The translations under genes were made by a program, and so were the position numbers. A stretch of 64,000 nt of DNA, from positions 384,001 to 448,000 of the forward strand of contig CAVUZH010000003.1 of the NCBI GenBank assembly GCA_963745835.1, written 5' to 3'. The notes beneath the pieces are model-generated. The model saw nothing but the letters and a program-made list of their open reading frames with translations. It searched no databases and had not been told where the DNA came from. Positions 19,884-28,905 of the stretch are shown one piece after another. How positions within the stretch are numbered: position 1 is the stretch's first letter; each line of letters starts with the position of its first letter. Source of the DNA: an uncultured delta proteobacterium (GTDB lineage: Bacteria > Desulfobacterota > Binatia > UBA9968).

Positions 19884-20666
19884 TCACTCCGAAGACCATT
19901 CGGCGCTCTGACGCCAGGGAGCCATTCGCTGTTCGAGTTTCTTGATCAGGTTAAAACTCACAAGTCCCATGGCGGCGAGCAAAATCACGGTAACGAAGAG
20001 CTTCGGGCTGTCCCATGTCTCTGAGGAATCGCGGAGCAGAAATCCTAAGCCGGCATTGGCGGCCATGAGCTCCGCGACGATGACTCCAAGCAGCGCTCGA
20101 CCCACGCCAAGTCTCATACCGGTGATAATGAAAGGCAGCGCGCCAGGTAAGCGAATCTTATAAGTCGTCTGCCAATCGCTGAGCCGCAGCGATTTGGCTA
20201 GCTCGAGCCAGATCGGATCCAGGGATTTGATTCCCGCGGTGGTGTTCAGAATAATCGCCACCGCAGTGATCTTAAAAACCACTACGACTTTGGAAAAAAT
20301 GCCGATGCCGAACCAGATGATAATCAGCGGCACGACGGTAATAATCGGGATCGAGTAGAGCGTGGCGATCCACGGGTCCATGATCTCATCGAACCATTTG
20401 TACATCCCCATCAAGTAGCCGAGGATGATTCCAATGACACAAGCGGTGGTAAAGCCGCAGATAAATTCGATGAGAGTTGCGACCAGATGTTTGTTGAGCT
20501 CGCCGCTACTAGCGAGATTCCAAAAGGAGATGAGCACGCTGCTCGGCGGCGGGATGAGCAGTTCATTATCGAGCAGCAGGCGAGTCGAAAGCTCCCAGAT
20601 CGCCAGGCCGATGATTATCGACAAAGATCCGCGGACGATTTCTTTTTTAACCAAGAGCCGGCTCAT
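19884..20666 (-). CDS. ABC transporter permease (SsuC/TauC-like)
   Basis: PPPSSV, ELAKSLRLS, GMRLGVGR, AELMAANAGLG; start re-assigned to ATG 20666. Confidence 0.9.
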   Translation of the reverse strand: MSRLLVKKEIVRGSLSIIIGLAIWELSTRLLLDNELLIPPPSSVLISFWNLASSGELNKHLVATLIEFICGFTTACVIGIILGYLMGMYKWFDEIMDPWIATLYSIPIITVVPLIIIWFGIGIFSKVVVVFKITAVAIILNTTAGIKSLDPIWLELAKSLRLSDWQTTYKIRLPGALPFIITGMRLGVGRALLGVIVAELMAANAGLGFLLRDSSETWDSPKLFVTVILLAAMGLVSFNLIKKLEQRMAPWRQSAEWSSE

Positions 20667-20667
20667 G

Positions 20668-23181
20668 CTATTTATAAAGCTCTCGATCTTCGCCCTTATC
20701 GTCGCGCAGGTGGATTCTTGGATAAACTGAGAGGCCGCCGGGCCTGCCTTGCACCATGAAATCCACCGGTATGAAGCCCTGCAACAACGGTATCGGCAGT
20801 TGGACGCCGGCAAAGGATCCCTTGTGATCGCTGCCGATGCCGATTTGATTTCCCCAGAGCCCGGCAGGCAAGGCGCCGCTCATGCTGAACCGGCTGGCCG
20901 AAACGCTTCCTTGAATCGGCGGCAAAGAATATTTTCCGCCGGGGTCGCGCTCATTTTCACTGAGCATTTCATGATCCAAAACCTTGGGAAATGCAGGGGC
21001 ATGGGCGCTTGCCTCGCGCACGAAAGAAAAGGTGGTGTCGTCGCGCTCTTGTTCGGGTTCGCCGGCGTTCGGACGCGCGCCTTGAATGATCGGCATTGGC
21101 AGATTCTTGATGCCGCCAACGCTGCCTTTGGCCCGCTGGTCGACGTCGGCTAAGGCTACCGCGTGGTTTTTTTGTCGCAGCGCGACAAAAAAGCGCTCTG
21201 AGGTCTGGCGTGGCAACGGGTAGCTCTGACTGCGAACACCGGAAGCCGTCTGATAATAGATCAGAAGCTCATTACTACCGGTGACGTTGACGCCGCGATC
21301 AGCCAGTTCCATGTTCCGCGGATTACCGTCGAACAAAGTTGCCTTCAGCCCGAGCCCGGCCGGCCCAAAAAGCTCCGGGTTTTCTTTTAAAAATTGTTTG
21401 CTCATGCGCAAGCCGTGGTTGTCGGTCTTGGCCAATTCGGCGAGTTTCTTGGTGGCCTCCGCTGCCGCCGGGCTTTCGGGATATTGATCAATCAGTGTGG
21501 TCAGATAATATTCCTGAGTCCCTCTCCCTTTGCTCTTGGTTGCCGCGTTCAGCAGCGCGGTTGCCGCTTTCTGCTTTAACGATGAAAGCTCTTCCTTGGG
21601 CGTCCCGGCAAGCTCATGATAGCCGATCGCCTTATCGATCATGCTTTTTTCCTCATAAATGTCGGCAAGAATTTTATAAACCTCGGTGGCGCTGACGGAA
21701 CCCGGGTGATTGCGCACGTAGGCGACACCGGCATCGATCACGGCTTGCGCCGAAACCGGGTTGTTGCTCAGCACATTGATCAGATTGTTGCCGACCATCA
21801 TAGCATTGGCGGCGCCAAGGGTGACTGCCCCGGCCGGGCCCGCCGCGGCAATAGCTCCCGCGGCATAAAGCAGGTTCTTTTTCAGCAGATCTTCGCCTAG
21901 TAGTACATACTTCACTGATTCGACGCGGCGTTCGCTGCGCGCCTCCTGGAATGTGGCGAGCAGATTGTACTCGGGACTTTGTAATAGCGCCGCGGCGCGT
22001 TTTTGCGCGTCCGGAGTCTTCGCTGAAGAGGCGAGACGCTCGATGATTTTTTTCGCCTCGTCATGCCGACCTTGCATCTCCAGAGCTACCGATGAGGCAT
22101 CGCGCGCGGACTCGGCCAGTGGCCTGCCGGCATATTTTTTTTCCAGATTGGCGGCTTGCTCGGCGATCTTTTGTTGATCTCTCAAGCTGAGCGCCCACAG
22201 CAGCTCTTCGACATCCTCCTGCTGCTCAGGCGAGGCGGCTTTCTCGACTTGTGCGGAAAGCCCGTGATTCTGTCGCTCCATCTGTTGCAGATAGAACTTC
22301 GATAGCTTTTGCAGCTCGGCTTGCGCTGCTTTGGACCGTCCATCTAAATAGGACGCGATCTCCGCGTAAAACAGCGCCTTATCGGTATCTCCCTTTTGCG
22401 CAGCTTGCTTTGAATGATCCAATTGTTTGCGGATCAGCGCGGCGGTCTTTTTCTTTTCGAGCTCTTCGATCTCCTTGACGACCTTGCCGTTGCGCGGATC
22501 GTTGGGATAGCGCTTGAGATGATCCATGTGACGCGCCAAAGCGCGCCGCTCTTCAACCGACATCTCAGTGTTGAGGAGCGAATAAGCCTGGCCAATCGCG
22601 GTTTCTGCCACCGCGCCGACATAATTCCCCGAAGCGACGCCGACCAGGTCCACCGAGCTCAACAACCGGTTGAAGACGCCGCCCAACTCATTGACCGAGC
22701 TTTGGCGGGTCAATTGATCGGCTCGCGTCAGATCGTCCTCATCGATAATCGCTTGCAGATATTTTTTACGTTCCGGCGACGAGGTGTTTTTCAACGCTTG
22801 ACGTTGCGCCGCGAGATAGCGCTCGCGCTCGTTGATGGTATTGTTCAGGAGATCCTGGGCGAGCTCGGCCAATCCGGTGCTCGATCCGTGTTGTTTTTGG
22901 AGCCGCCGGTCTTCGGTCTGAAAAAATTTCACATGCTCTTCGATCGCTGCTTTGCGGTTGGTAAGCGAATCGATCAACAGTTCACGCGCGCGCTTGTCGA
23001 CTTCATCGGGAAAAAACTGCGGCGCCGCCAGCGACTTTTCGAACGGATCAAATTCAGGCAGGGGATTCAAAATGCGTTCGATGATCGCTTGATGGTCTTG
23101 CCCCTGCGCAGGGGCTGGGTAACCGTTGATGGCGCTGAGCGACAGCGACAACGATAAAGCGCTTATCAATGCCTTCCTCAT
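20668..23181 (-). CDS. Large secreted hypothetical protein, TPR-like helical repeats with a beta-rich C-terminus
   Basis: 837-aa ORF, Sec signal peptide, YfiO/BamD-like repeat ends (YPNDPRN, YPESPAAAEA), two Gly/Ala-rich hydrophobic segments. Confidence 0.75.
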   Translation of the reverse strand: MRKALISALSLSLSLSAINGYPAPAQGQDHQAIIERILNPLPEFDPFEKSLAAPQFFPDEVDKRARELLIDSLTNRKAAIEEHVKFFQTEDRRLQKQHGSSTGLAELAQDLLNNTINERERYLAAQRQALKNTSSPERKKYLQAIIDEDDLTRADQLTRQSSVNELGGVFNRLLSSVDLVGVASGNYVGAVAETAIGQAYSLLNTEMSVEERRALARHMDHLKRYPNDPRNGKVVKEIEELEKKKTAALIRKQLDHSKQAAQKGDTDKALFYAEIASYLDGRSKAAQAELQKLSKFYLQQMERQNHGLSAQVEKAASPEQQEDVEELLWALSLRDQQKIAEQAANLEKKYAGRPLAESARDASSVALEMQGRHDEAKKIIERLASSAKTPDAQKRAAALLQSPEYNLLATFQEARSERRVESVKYVLLGEDLLKKNLLYAAGAIAAAGPAGAVTLGAANAMMVGNNLINVLSNNPVSAQAVIDAGVAYVRNHPGSVSATEVYKILADIYEEKSMIDKAIGYHELAGTPKEELSSLKQKAATALLNAATKSKGRGTQEYYLTTLIDQYPESPAAAEATKKLAELAKTDNHGLRMSKQFLKENPELFGPAGLGLKATLFDGNPRNMELADRGVNVTGSNELLIYYQTASGVRSQSYPLPRQTSERFFVALRQKNHAVALADVDQRAKGSVGGIKNLPMPIIQGARPNAGEPEQERDDTTFSFVREASAHAPAFPKVLDHEMLSENERDPGGKYSLPPIQGSVSASRFSMSGALPAGLWGNQIGIGSDHKGSFAGVQLPIPLLQGFIPVDFMVQGRPGGLSVYPRIHLRDDKGEDRELYK

Positions 23182-24104
23182 CGGCTTAGCCTCGTGACTT
23201 TCTCATTCAGCCCCCGCATCGCTTCAATCTTGCCTTGCGCTTCAATCTTTTCGACGATTCCATCGACCTGAACGACTTCTGTGTAAAGTTTAAGCGCCGA
23301 TTTAGCAAATTGCTCGAACGCTTTGAGTTCAAAGCTTAAACCCTCCGGATCGTACTGGGCGGCGTACTCTTTTGCAAGCAATCCGTAGAAGTCGCCGAAG
23401 TCGATGGTGAAGCGATAGATGTTCTTGCTTTGCCGGTGTTTGGTGATCAACTGGCTGTAGCCGAGAATTACCAGTTGGTTGCCGTCCTTGAGGCGGAACC
23501 GATTGGCTTCGACAAAGGCCACTTTGGCGCGATCGATACGTTCCTCTTCGCAGCGCGCGAGAAATTCATAGGTTGTGCCTTGATGTTTTTCAATCAGGTG
23601 ATTCCAGGCGGCGACTTTTTCGTCCAGGCCTTTGATGTACTGGAACGGATCTTCGGCGGGCAGGGGTTTGTCGAGAATGTTCAGGAAAGCTTCCAGCGCT
23701 TCGAGGTTCTTGGAAGCTTCGGCTCCCAAGCGCCCGCCGGTTTCGCTCACGTTGCGATACAGAACCGTTGCCTGTGCATACTCTCGCAGTCGCTCCAGCG
23801 CGAGCGCCTTGTTGAATTGAATGATATCGGTGAACTTGCCCGCGTTCTTTCTTTCATAATCATCGAGCCGGACCAAGGTTGCCTTCATGATGTTCACGCC
23901 GGTAACGTCTTTGGGTATGGCAAAACGATAGGTGTCCTCCTTGGCCAGACGCTGAAAGTCTTTGACAATGTCGAGCAGGTCTCCCGCCGGCGCATAGCGC
24001 GCTTCCGGCGAAGCGGTTCGCGATGAACATCCGGCAAGCATAAATAGCGAGAGAATCGTCGTGACGGATATGACGGAGTGAAATAGTATGCGGAAAGATC
24101 TCAA
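23178..24104 (-). CDS. Hypothetical lipoprotein, all-helical/TPR-like
   Basis: Lipobox LAGC, helical pattern (KALALERLREY); its stop overlaps the next start (ATGA). TTG start is uncertain. Confidence 0.75.
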   Translation of the reverse strand: MRSFRILFHSVISVTTILSLFMLAGCSSRTASPEARYAPAGDLLDIVKDFQRLAKEDTYRFAIPKDVTGVNIMKATLVRLDDYERKNAGKFTDIIQFNKALALERLREYAQATVLYRNVSETGGRLGAEASKNLEALEAFLNILDKPLPAEDPFQYIKGLDEKVAAWNHLIEKHQGTTYEFLARCEEERIDRAKVAFVEANRFRLKDGNQLVILGYSQLITKHRQSKNIYRFTIDFGDFYGLLAKEYAAQYDPEGLSFELKAFEQFAKSALKLYTEVVQVDGIVEKIEAQGKIEAMRGLNEKVTRLSR

Positions 24105-24345
24105 ATTATTTCTTTGCGCGGTCCCTTCAAGGACGTGTGACCGGGCGATGTTGTTCAGAGCCTGGTGGTTGCAGTTATTTTCCGAAGTTTTCTTCCTAAG
24201 TCAAGCCGGAATAACGCGGCACGGCTTGATTCTTTGGCGGGCATTCCGTCGGGACATGTAGCCGATGCGACTATGCTCACTAAGAGTTGCTGCAACTCTC
24301 GGCCGCTACTTGACCGGCTCGGTCCAACAACTCATAGTGTTGCCT

Positions 24346-25521
24346 ATGAAGGTTTCTTTTCGACTTCTTGCCTTGTCAATTGTCGTGGGAAGTTTCGTCC
24401 TCGGCTGCCCGCCTGCGGGCCACGAGAAAAGCGGGATTGCGCCGACAGACCCCGGCGCTGCCGCTCCCGCACACTTGCCTGAGTACCAGGGGCCTGCTAC
24501 TCGGCCATTCGTCATGGGATTCACGCGATGGCCGGCCGATCTGACTCCCGAGGGAGTAGCGACTGCGCAGAAGTTTGCCGATGTCCATGGCGACATCCTT
24601 GCCGTGATGTTCATTGGCGGAATTCCGTGGCCTCAAGCGCTTGAAGGCAAACCATTCCCTAAAGATGTCCAGGACACTCTCGCCGACAGGCCCTCAAGGG
24701 AAAACAAGCTTTTCTTATCGATCTCGCCGCTCGACCGAGACCGCAAGGGCCTGGCGCCGTATTGGGGAGAAACGGAGAACGAGCCGTTGCCCAAGCCGTG
24801 GGACAAAGAACCGCTCAACAGCCCTCGGGTAAAAAAGGCTTTTTTAAACTTCGTCTTGCATTCTGTGAAAGCGATGCGGCCCGACTATCTTGCCATTGGT
24901 GTCGAATCAAATGTGCTGCTCTCACGCGACAGCTCTAAGTGGCGCCAGCTGAAAGAATTGCACCGGGAAACTTACAGCGCGGTGAAGAAAATGAATCCCA
25001 AATTGCCGGTATTTTTTACTACCGAGGTTCTGCATTATAAGCGCCTGGCGCGTGACGCCAAGCAATCGGAGCAGGAAAAGGAGGTTGCCGAACTGATGCG
25101 CCACAGTGATCTGTTCGCCATGAGCCTCTATCCTTATATGAGTCTGGAGACCCCGCGCCCGCTGCCGGAAAATTTTCTCGATTTTGCCAGGCGATTCAAG
25201 AAACCGATCGCGGTCTCCGAGAGTGGCATGACGTCGCGCGACGTGCCGCTAAAAAGTTATGGAGTCACCCTTTTAGGTTCGGAAGCCGAACAAAGAAACT
25301 TCACCGAGTCGCTACTGAAAACCGCCGACCGCGATAAATATGAATTCGTCATCAATTTTGCCAGCACCGACTCCGACCGGCTGGTCGCTCGTTTGCGCCC
25401 GCCTCTGGACGATCTCGCGCGCATCTGGGCATTCACCGGCATGCAGACCGGCGACGGCAGGGCCAAGCCGGCGCTGCCGGTCTGGGACGGCTTTCTGAAG
25501 GCCAAGTATGTTCGTCAATGA
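24346..25521 (+). CDS. Putative lipoprotein glycoside hydrolase-like TIM barrel
   Basis: Lipobox-like VLGC, PDYLAIGVESN and PIAVSESG resembling clan GH-A acid/base and nucleophile motifs. Confidence 0.6.
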   Translation: MKVSFRLLALSIVVGSFVLGCPPAGHEKSGIAPTDPGAAAPAHLPEYQGPATRPFVMGFTRWPADLTPEGVATAQKFADVHGDILAVMFIGGIPWPQALEGKPFPKDVQDTLADRPSRENKLFLSISPLDRDRKGLAPYWGETENEPLPKPWDKEPLNSPRVKKAFLNFVLHSVKAMRPDYLAIGVESNVLLSRDSSKWRQLKELHRETYSAVKKMNPKLPVFFTTEVLHYKRLARDAKQSEQEKEVAELMRHSDLFAMSLYPYMSLETPRPLPENFLDFARRFKKPIAVSESGMTSRDVPLKSYGVTLLGSEAEQRNFTESLLKTADRDKYEFVINFASTDSDRLVARLRPPLDDLARIWAFTGMQTGDGRAKPALPVWDGFLKAKYVRQ

Positions 25522-25694
25522 CGAGAGATCGCGCCTCGTCACACGGGTGTAAATCCGGTTAGCATTGGCGTCTGATCGGCGCTGCGCCGCTGTCGCGGAG
25601 CGTTTGTCTCAGCGAAACTGATACTCGCTACCATGGCACGGCAACGGCCTTTGCCGCGCCGCCTAACTCCGAGATCAGCTTCCGCGCTCGACAG

Positions 25695-26024
25695 TCAGGT
25701 CTTGATCAGCAAATAGAAAAGCACCATTTCTCCGCTCCTGGCGGCGGAGAAATCGTGCGGCGTCCTTTTAGGGATGTGGCAGAGGGTGCCTGGAACCAGC
25801 CGAATTCTTCGGCCAGCGACTTGCAGCCTGCCGGAGCCCTGTAATACCTGGCAAATGACGTCTTGATCTTCGTGGCTGATCTGCTTTGGATTCGCTTTTT
25901 TTGCCGGTTTGAAAGCGATCAGGCCGCCGGTGAACTGTTTTTGTTTGAAGCAGCTCAGATAGCGGATTTCGTCGCTATTCTTTTTTAACCGCTTGAGCGC
26001 CGCGGCTATTTTGATGATTTTCAT
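25695..26024 (-). CDS. Cupin domain protein
   Basis: HEDQDVICQVLQGSG and IPKRTPHDF cupin motifs. Confidence 0.8.
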   Translation of the reverse strand: MKIIKIAAALKRLKKNSDEIRYLSCFKQKQFTGGLIAFKPAKKANPKQISHEDQDVICQVLQGSGRLQVAGRRIRLVPGTLCHIPKRTPHDFSAARSGEMVLFYLLIKT

Positions 26025-26128
26025 CGCGAATTGCGCAACAGGCAAAGCGAGCAGGCAACAGGCGTAGCAGAACTCCGGTAATTGGAGAAGCGACAGCGCA
26101 TCCTTCCAGCTCCACTGCGGTTGGCTTT

Positions 26129-27091
26129 CTAATCGGTCACGGCTGCGACGATTTCTCGGATCGCTGCCTCGGCTTGATCGTTGGGGACGCGGCAGGAGCC
26201 GACGACTTTGTGCCCGCCGCCGCCGTGATGACTTAACAGTTCGCCGACGTTGACGGTGGATGTAGTATTGAAGATATTATAGCCCACGGAAATGCTCGTG
26301 GTGTTTTCGCGCTGCTTGTCGTCGGCAACCTTGACTTGAATATTGCCTTGCGGGAACAGAGTGAAGATCAAAAACCGATTGCCATCCGGGATCTCTTGGA
26401 TGCCGCGCAGGTCCACAAAGATGACGTTGCCTTTCATGACTGTTCGCGCCAGCAATAGCCGCCGGAGCTGCTCTTGCTCGTCCCGGATCTGCTGGCAACG
26501 CCGGCTGACCTCCGGGTCACGCAAGACTTCTTCGAGGGAGGCGTCGCGCAGCAGTTCGATGATCCGCAGCCAGTAGGGCTCATCGCCGGCATTTCGTCCA
26601 TCGGTGGTCATGGAAATCAGCACATAGCCCTGCGGGTCGAGGACGTCCTGCGGCTCGAGCTTGCCGGCATCGATTCGATCGGTTTCATGAAGCAGATATT
26701 TAATTCTTTCGCTGTCCAGAAACGCGATTATCTCGTTGTCGGTAGGTCGCGTGGGTCTTTCTTCGCCGCTGCCCATGGGCTGCTGATTGCCTAATTCTTT
26801 ATAATATTCGTAGACGACGCGGGCGGCGCTCGGCGCCAGCCGAAAGCCGCCTTTGCCGAGCACGATCGGCTTGGCAAAGTCCGGAGTGGTATTGGTGACG
26901 TGATGGTCGAACCAGAGAGTGCAGTTGGGATGGTACGGTAGATTGGCGATGATGTCTCCGGCGCGGATCTCGACCAAGCCATCCTGCATGAACTTCGGCT
27001 CGACGAATAGATAGGCATCGATAGGTTCAAATTTCGTCAGCAGAGCGCCACAGACCAGTCCATCGAAATCCGCTCGTGTGACTAATCTCAT
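26129..27091 (-). CDS. DHH-family phosphoesterase (exopolyphosphatase/nanoRNase-like)
   Basis: MRLVTRADFDG, FDHH, APSAARV, GGGGH; start overlaps the ald stop. Confidence 0.85.
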   Translation of the reverse strand: MRLVTRADFDGLVCGALLTKFEPIDAYLFVEPKFMQDGLVEIRAGDIIANLPYHPNCTLWFDHHVTNTTPDFAKPIVLGKGGFRLAPSAARVVYEYYKELGNQQPMGSGEERPTRPTDNEIIAFLDSERIKYLLHETDRIDAGKLEPQDVLDPQGYVLISMTTDGRNAGDEPYWLRIIELLRDASLEEVLRDPEVSRRCQQIRDEQEQLRRLLLARTVMKGNVIFVDLRGIQEIPDGNRFLIFTLFPQGNIQVKVADDKQRENTTSISVGYNIFNTTSTVNVGELLSHHGGGGHKVVGSCRVPNDQAEAAIREIVAAVTD

Positions 27092-28206
27092 GCGCCAACG
27101 ACCTCCTCCAAGGGCAACAAAGGAAGATTGAAGGCAGCCGCCACTCCTTCGTGCGTCACCTTGCCGGCAAACGTGTTGAGGCCTTTGGCCAATGCTCTGT
27201 TGCGCGCCAGCGCTTGCGGAAAGCCGCGGTTGGCGAGCTCCAGACCATACGACAGCGTCGAGTTCGTCAGCGCATAAGTTGAAGTGTGCGGTACGATGGC
27301 CGGCATATTGGTTACACAATAATGGACAACTTCTTCTTCGACATAAATGGGCTCACGGTGCGTGGTCGGCCGTGAAGTTTCAGCGCAGCCACCCTGATCG
27401 ATGGCAATATCGACGAAGGCAGCCCCGGGCTTCATGCGCTGCACCAACGATCGCGAGATAAGCTTGGGAGCCTTGGCGCCGGGGATCAGCACTGAGCCGA
27501 TCACCAGATCGGCATCGACGACTTCTTCCTCAACGTTGGCGCGATTCGACATCAAGGTCGTTGCGTGACCGCCGAGTATATCACGAACGTAGCGCAGTTT
27601 TGTCGGATTGATGTCGAGAATGCTGACGTCGGCGCCCATTCCAATAGCCACCTGGCAGGCTGCCGTCCCGGCAATGCCGGCGCCGAGGATGACAACTTTG
27701 CCGGGCCGGACCCCGGAAGCGCCGCCGAGAAGAACGCCGCGCCCGCCGTTTTCTGCCTGCAGGCACCACGCGCCTACCTGGATCGAAATTCGTCCGGCTA
27801 TTTCGCTCATCGGCGTCAGTAGCGGCAACGAGCCGTCATCCAGCTGAATCGTCTCATAAGCGATGGCGGTTACCTTGCGATCGAGCAGGGCGCGAGTTAC
27901 CGCTTCGTCGGCGGCGAGATGAAGATAGGTAAAGAGAATGAGCCCGGGCCGCAGCAGGGGAAATTCCGATGCCTTCGGTTCTTTGACTTTCATGATCAGA
28001 TTGGATTCATCCCATACCTGTTTTGCTGAGTCGACGAGGATCGCGCCCGCATTCTGGTAGGCGCGATCGCTAAGTGCGCTTCCCAGACCGGCGCCTTTTT
28101 CGACCAGGACCTTGTGATTACGCGCGGTAAAACCGCTGACTCCGGTGGGCGTCACGGCGACGCGATTTTCCTCGGTCTTAATCTCTTTGGGAACGCCGAT
28201 AATCAT
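27088..28206 (-). CDS. ald: Alanine dehydrogenase
   Basis: MIIGVPKEIK, KVKEP, FTYLHLA, PMSEIAGR, DIAIDQGGC, HYCVTNMP. Confidence 0.95.
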   Translation of the reverse strand: MIIGVPKEIKTEENRVAVTPTGVSGFTARNHKVLVEKGAGLGSALSDRAYQNAGAILVDSAKQVWDESNLIMKVKEPKASEFPLLRPGLILFTYLHLAADEAVTRALLDRKVTAIAYETIQLDDGSLPLLTPMSEIAGRISIQVGAWCLQAENGGRGVLLGGASGVRPGKVVILGAGIAGTAACQVAIGMGADVSILDINPTKLRYVRDILGGHATTLMSNRANVEEEVVDADLVIGSVLIPGAKAPKLISRSLVQRMKPGAAFVDIAIDQGGCAETSRPTTHREPIYVEEEVVHYCVTNMPAIVPHTSTYALTNSTLSYGLELANRGFPQALARNRALAKGLNTFAGKVTHEGVAAAFNLPLLPLEEVVGA

Positions 28207-28213
28207 CTGGTGA

Positions 28214-28242
28214 AAGCTACTCGATGATATCTAGAGAGTCAA
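28214..28242 (-). promoter_or_regulatory. Sigma70-type promoter of ald (probably leaderless)
   Basis: TTGACT-17bp-TAGCTT, then 7 nt to the ATG; no Shine-Dalgarno sequence. Confidence 0.6.
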
Positions 28243-28253
28243 CGTAAAGTCTG

Positions 28254-28407
28254 GTGGCGGGCTGCTGAAAAAGACTCATATGCTTCGTTGCGTTCGCCCG
28301 ACTCGCTTCAACGTACTGAAACGTACGCCTAAGCTCATCGAATTTCGCGCGCGCGCCTCTGAATCTTTTTGAGCAGCCTGCAAACAGCTTTTTTCAGTAA
28401 TTGCTAG
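28254..28407. mobile_element. MITE-like element, copy 2 (diverged)
   Basis: GCTGCTGAAAAAGACTCATATGCTTCGTTG...TCTTTTTGAGCAGCCTGC...TTTTTTCAG..TGCTAG, homologous to 15387-15544. Confidence 0.72.
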
Positions 28408-28477
28408 AGTAAGTCCCTCGGATAGCGGCGTTGTACTTTGAATCTTTGAACCGTTGAACTGACGAAGTCGGTTTAGA

Positions 28478-28843
28478 CTATCGCCCGGCTGTCCAGATCA
28501 GGATCGCCCAGCCGATCAGGAAGGCGATCCCGCCTGCGGGTGTGATGGCGCCGAGCCAGCGGATCCCGGTAAAACTCAGAAGATAGAGGCTACCCGAAAA
28601 AATAATAATACCGACGATAAACGACCAGCCCGCCGGATTGAAATTACTTTCGGGCCAGCGCGATGACGCCCAGGCGACGACGAACAATCCGAACGCATGA
28701 TACATCTGATAACGGACGCCAACTTCAAAGATGTCGAGCATGTCCGGCGTAAGACGGTTTTTCAGCGAGTGGGCGGCAAAGGCGCCAAGCGCGACGCCTA
28801 AAAACGCGATGACCGAGCCGGCGGCGAAGAAGAAGCGCTCCAT
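28478..28843 (-). CDS. DUF423 family membrane protein
   Basis: GAFAAH, YQMYHA, FSGSLY, GAITPAGG. Confidence 0.9.
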   Translation of the reverse strand: MERFFFAAGSVIAFLGVALGAFAAHSLKNRLTPDMLDIFEVGVRYQMYHAFGLFVVAWASSRWPESNFNPAGWSFIVGIIIFSGSLYLLSFTGIRWLGAITPAGGIAFLIGWAILIWTAGR

Positions 28844-28905
28844 GAATTAGATCGTGTTGGTCACGGGATTGGTGTTGATGGTGAGTAAGACACAATGTGG
28901 CAGGT

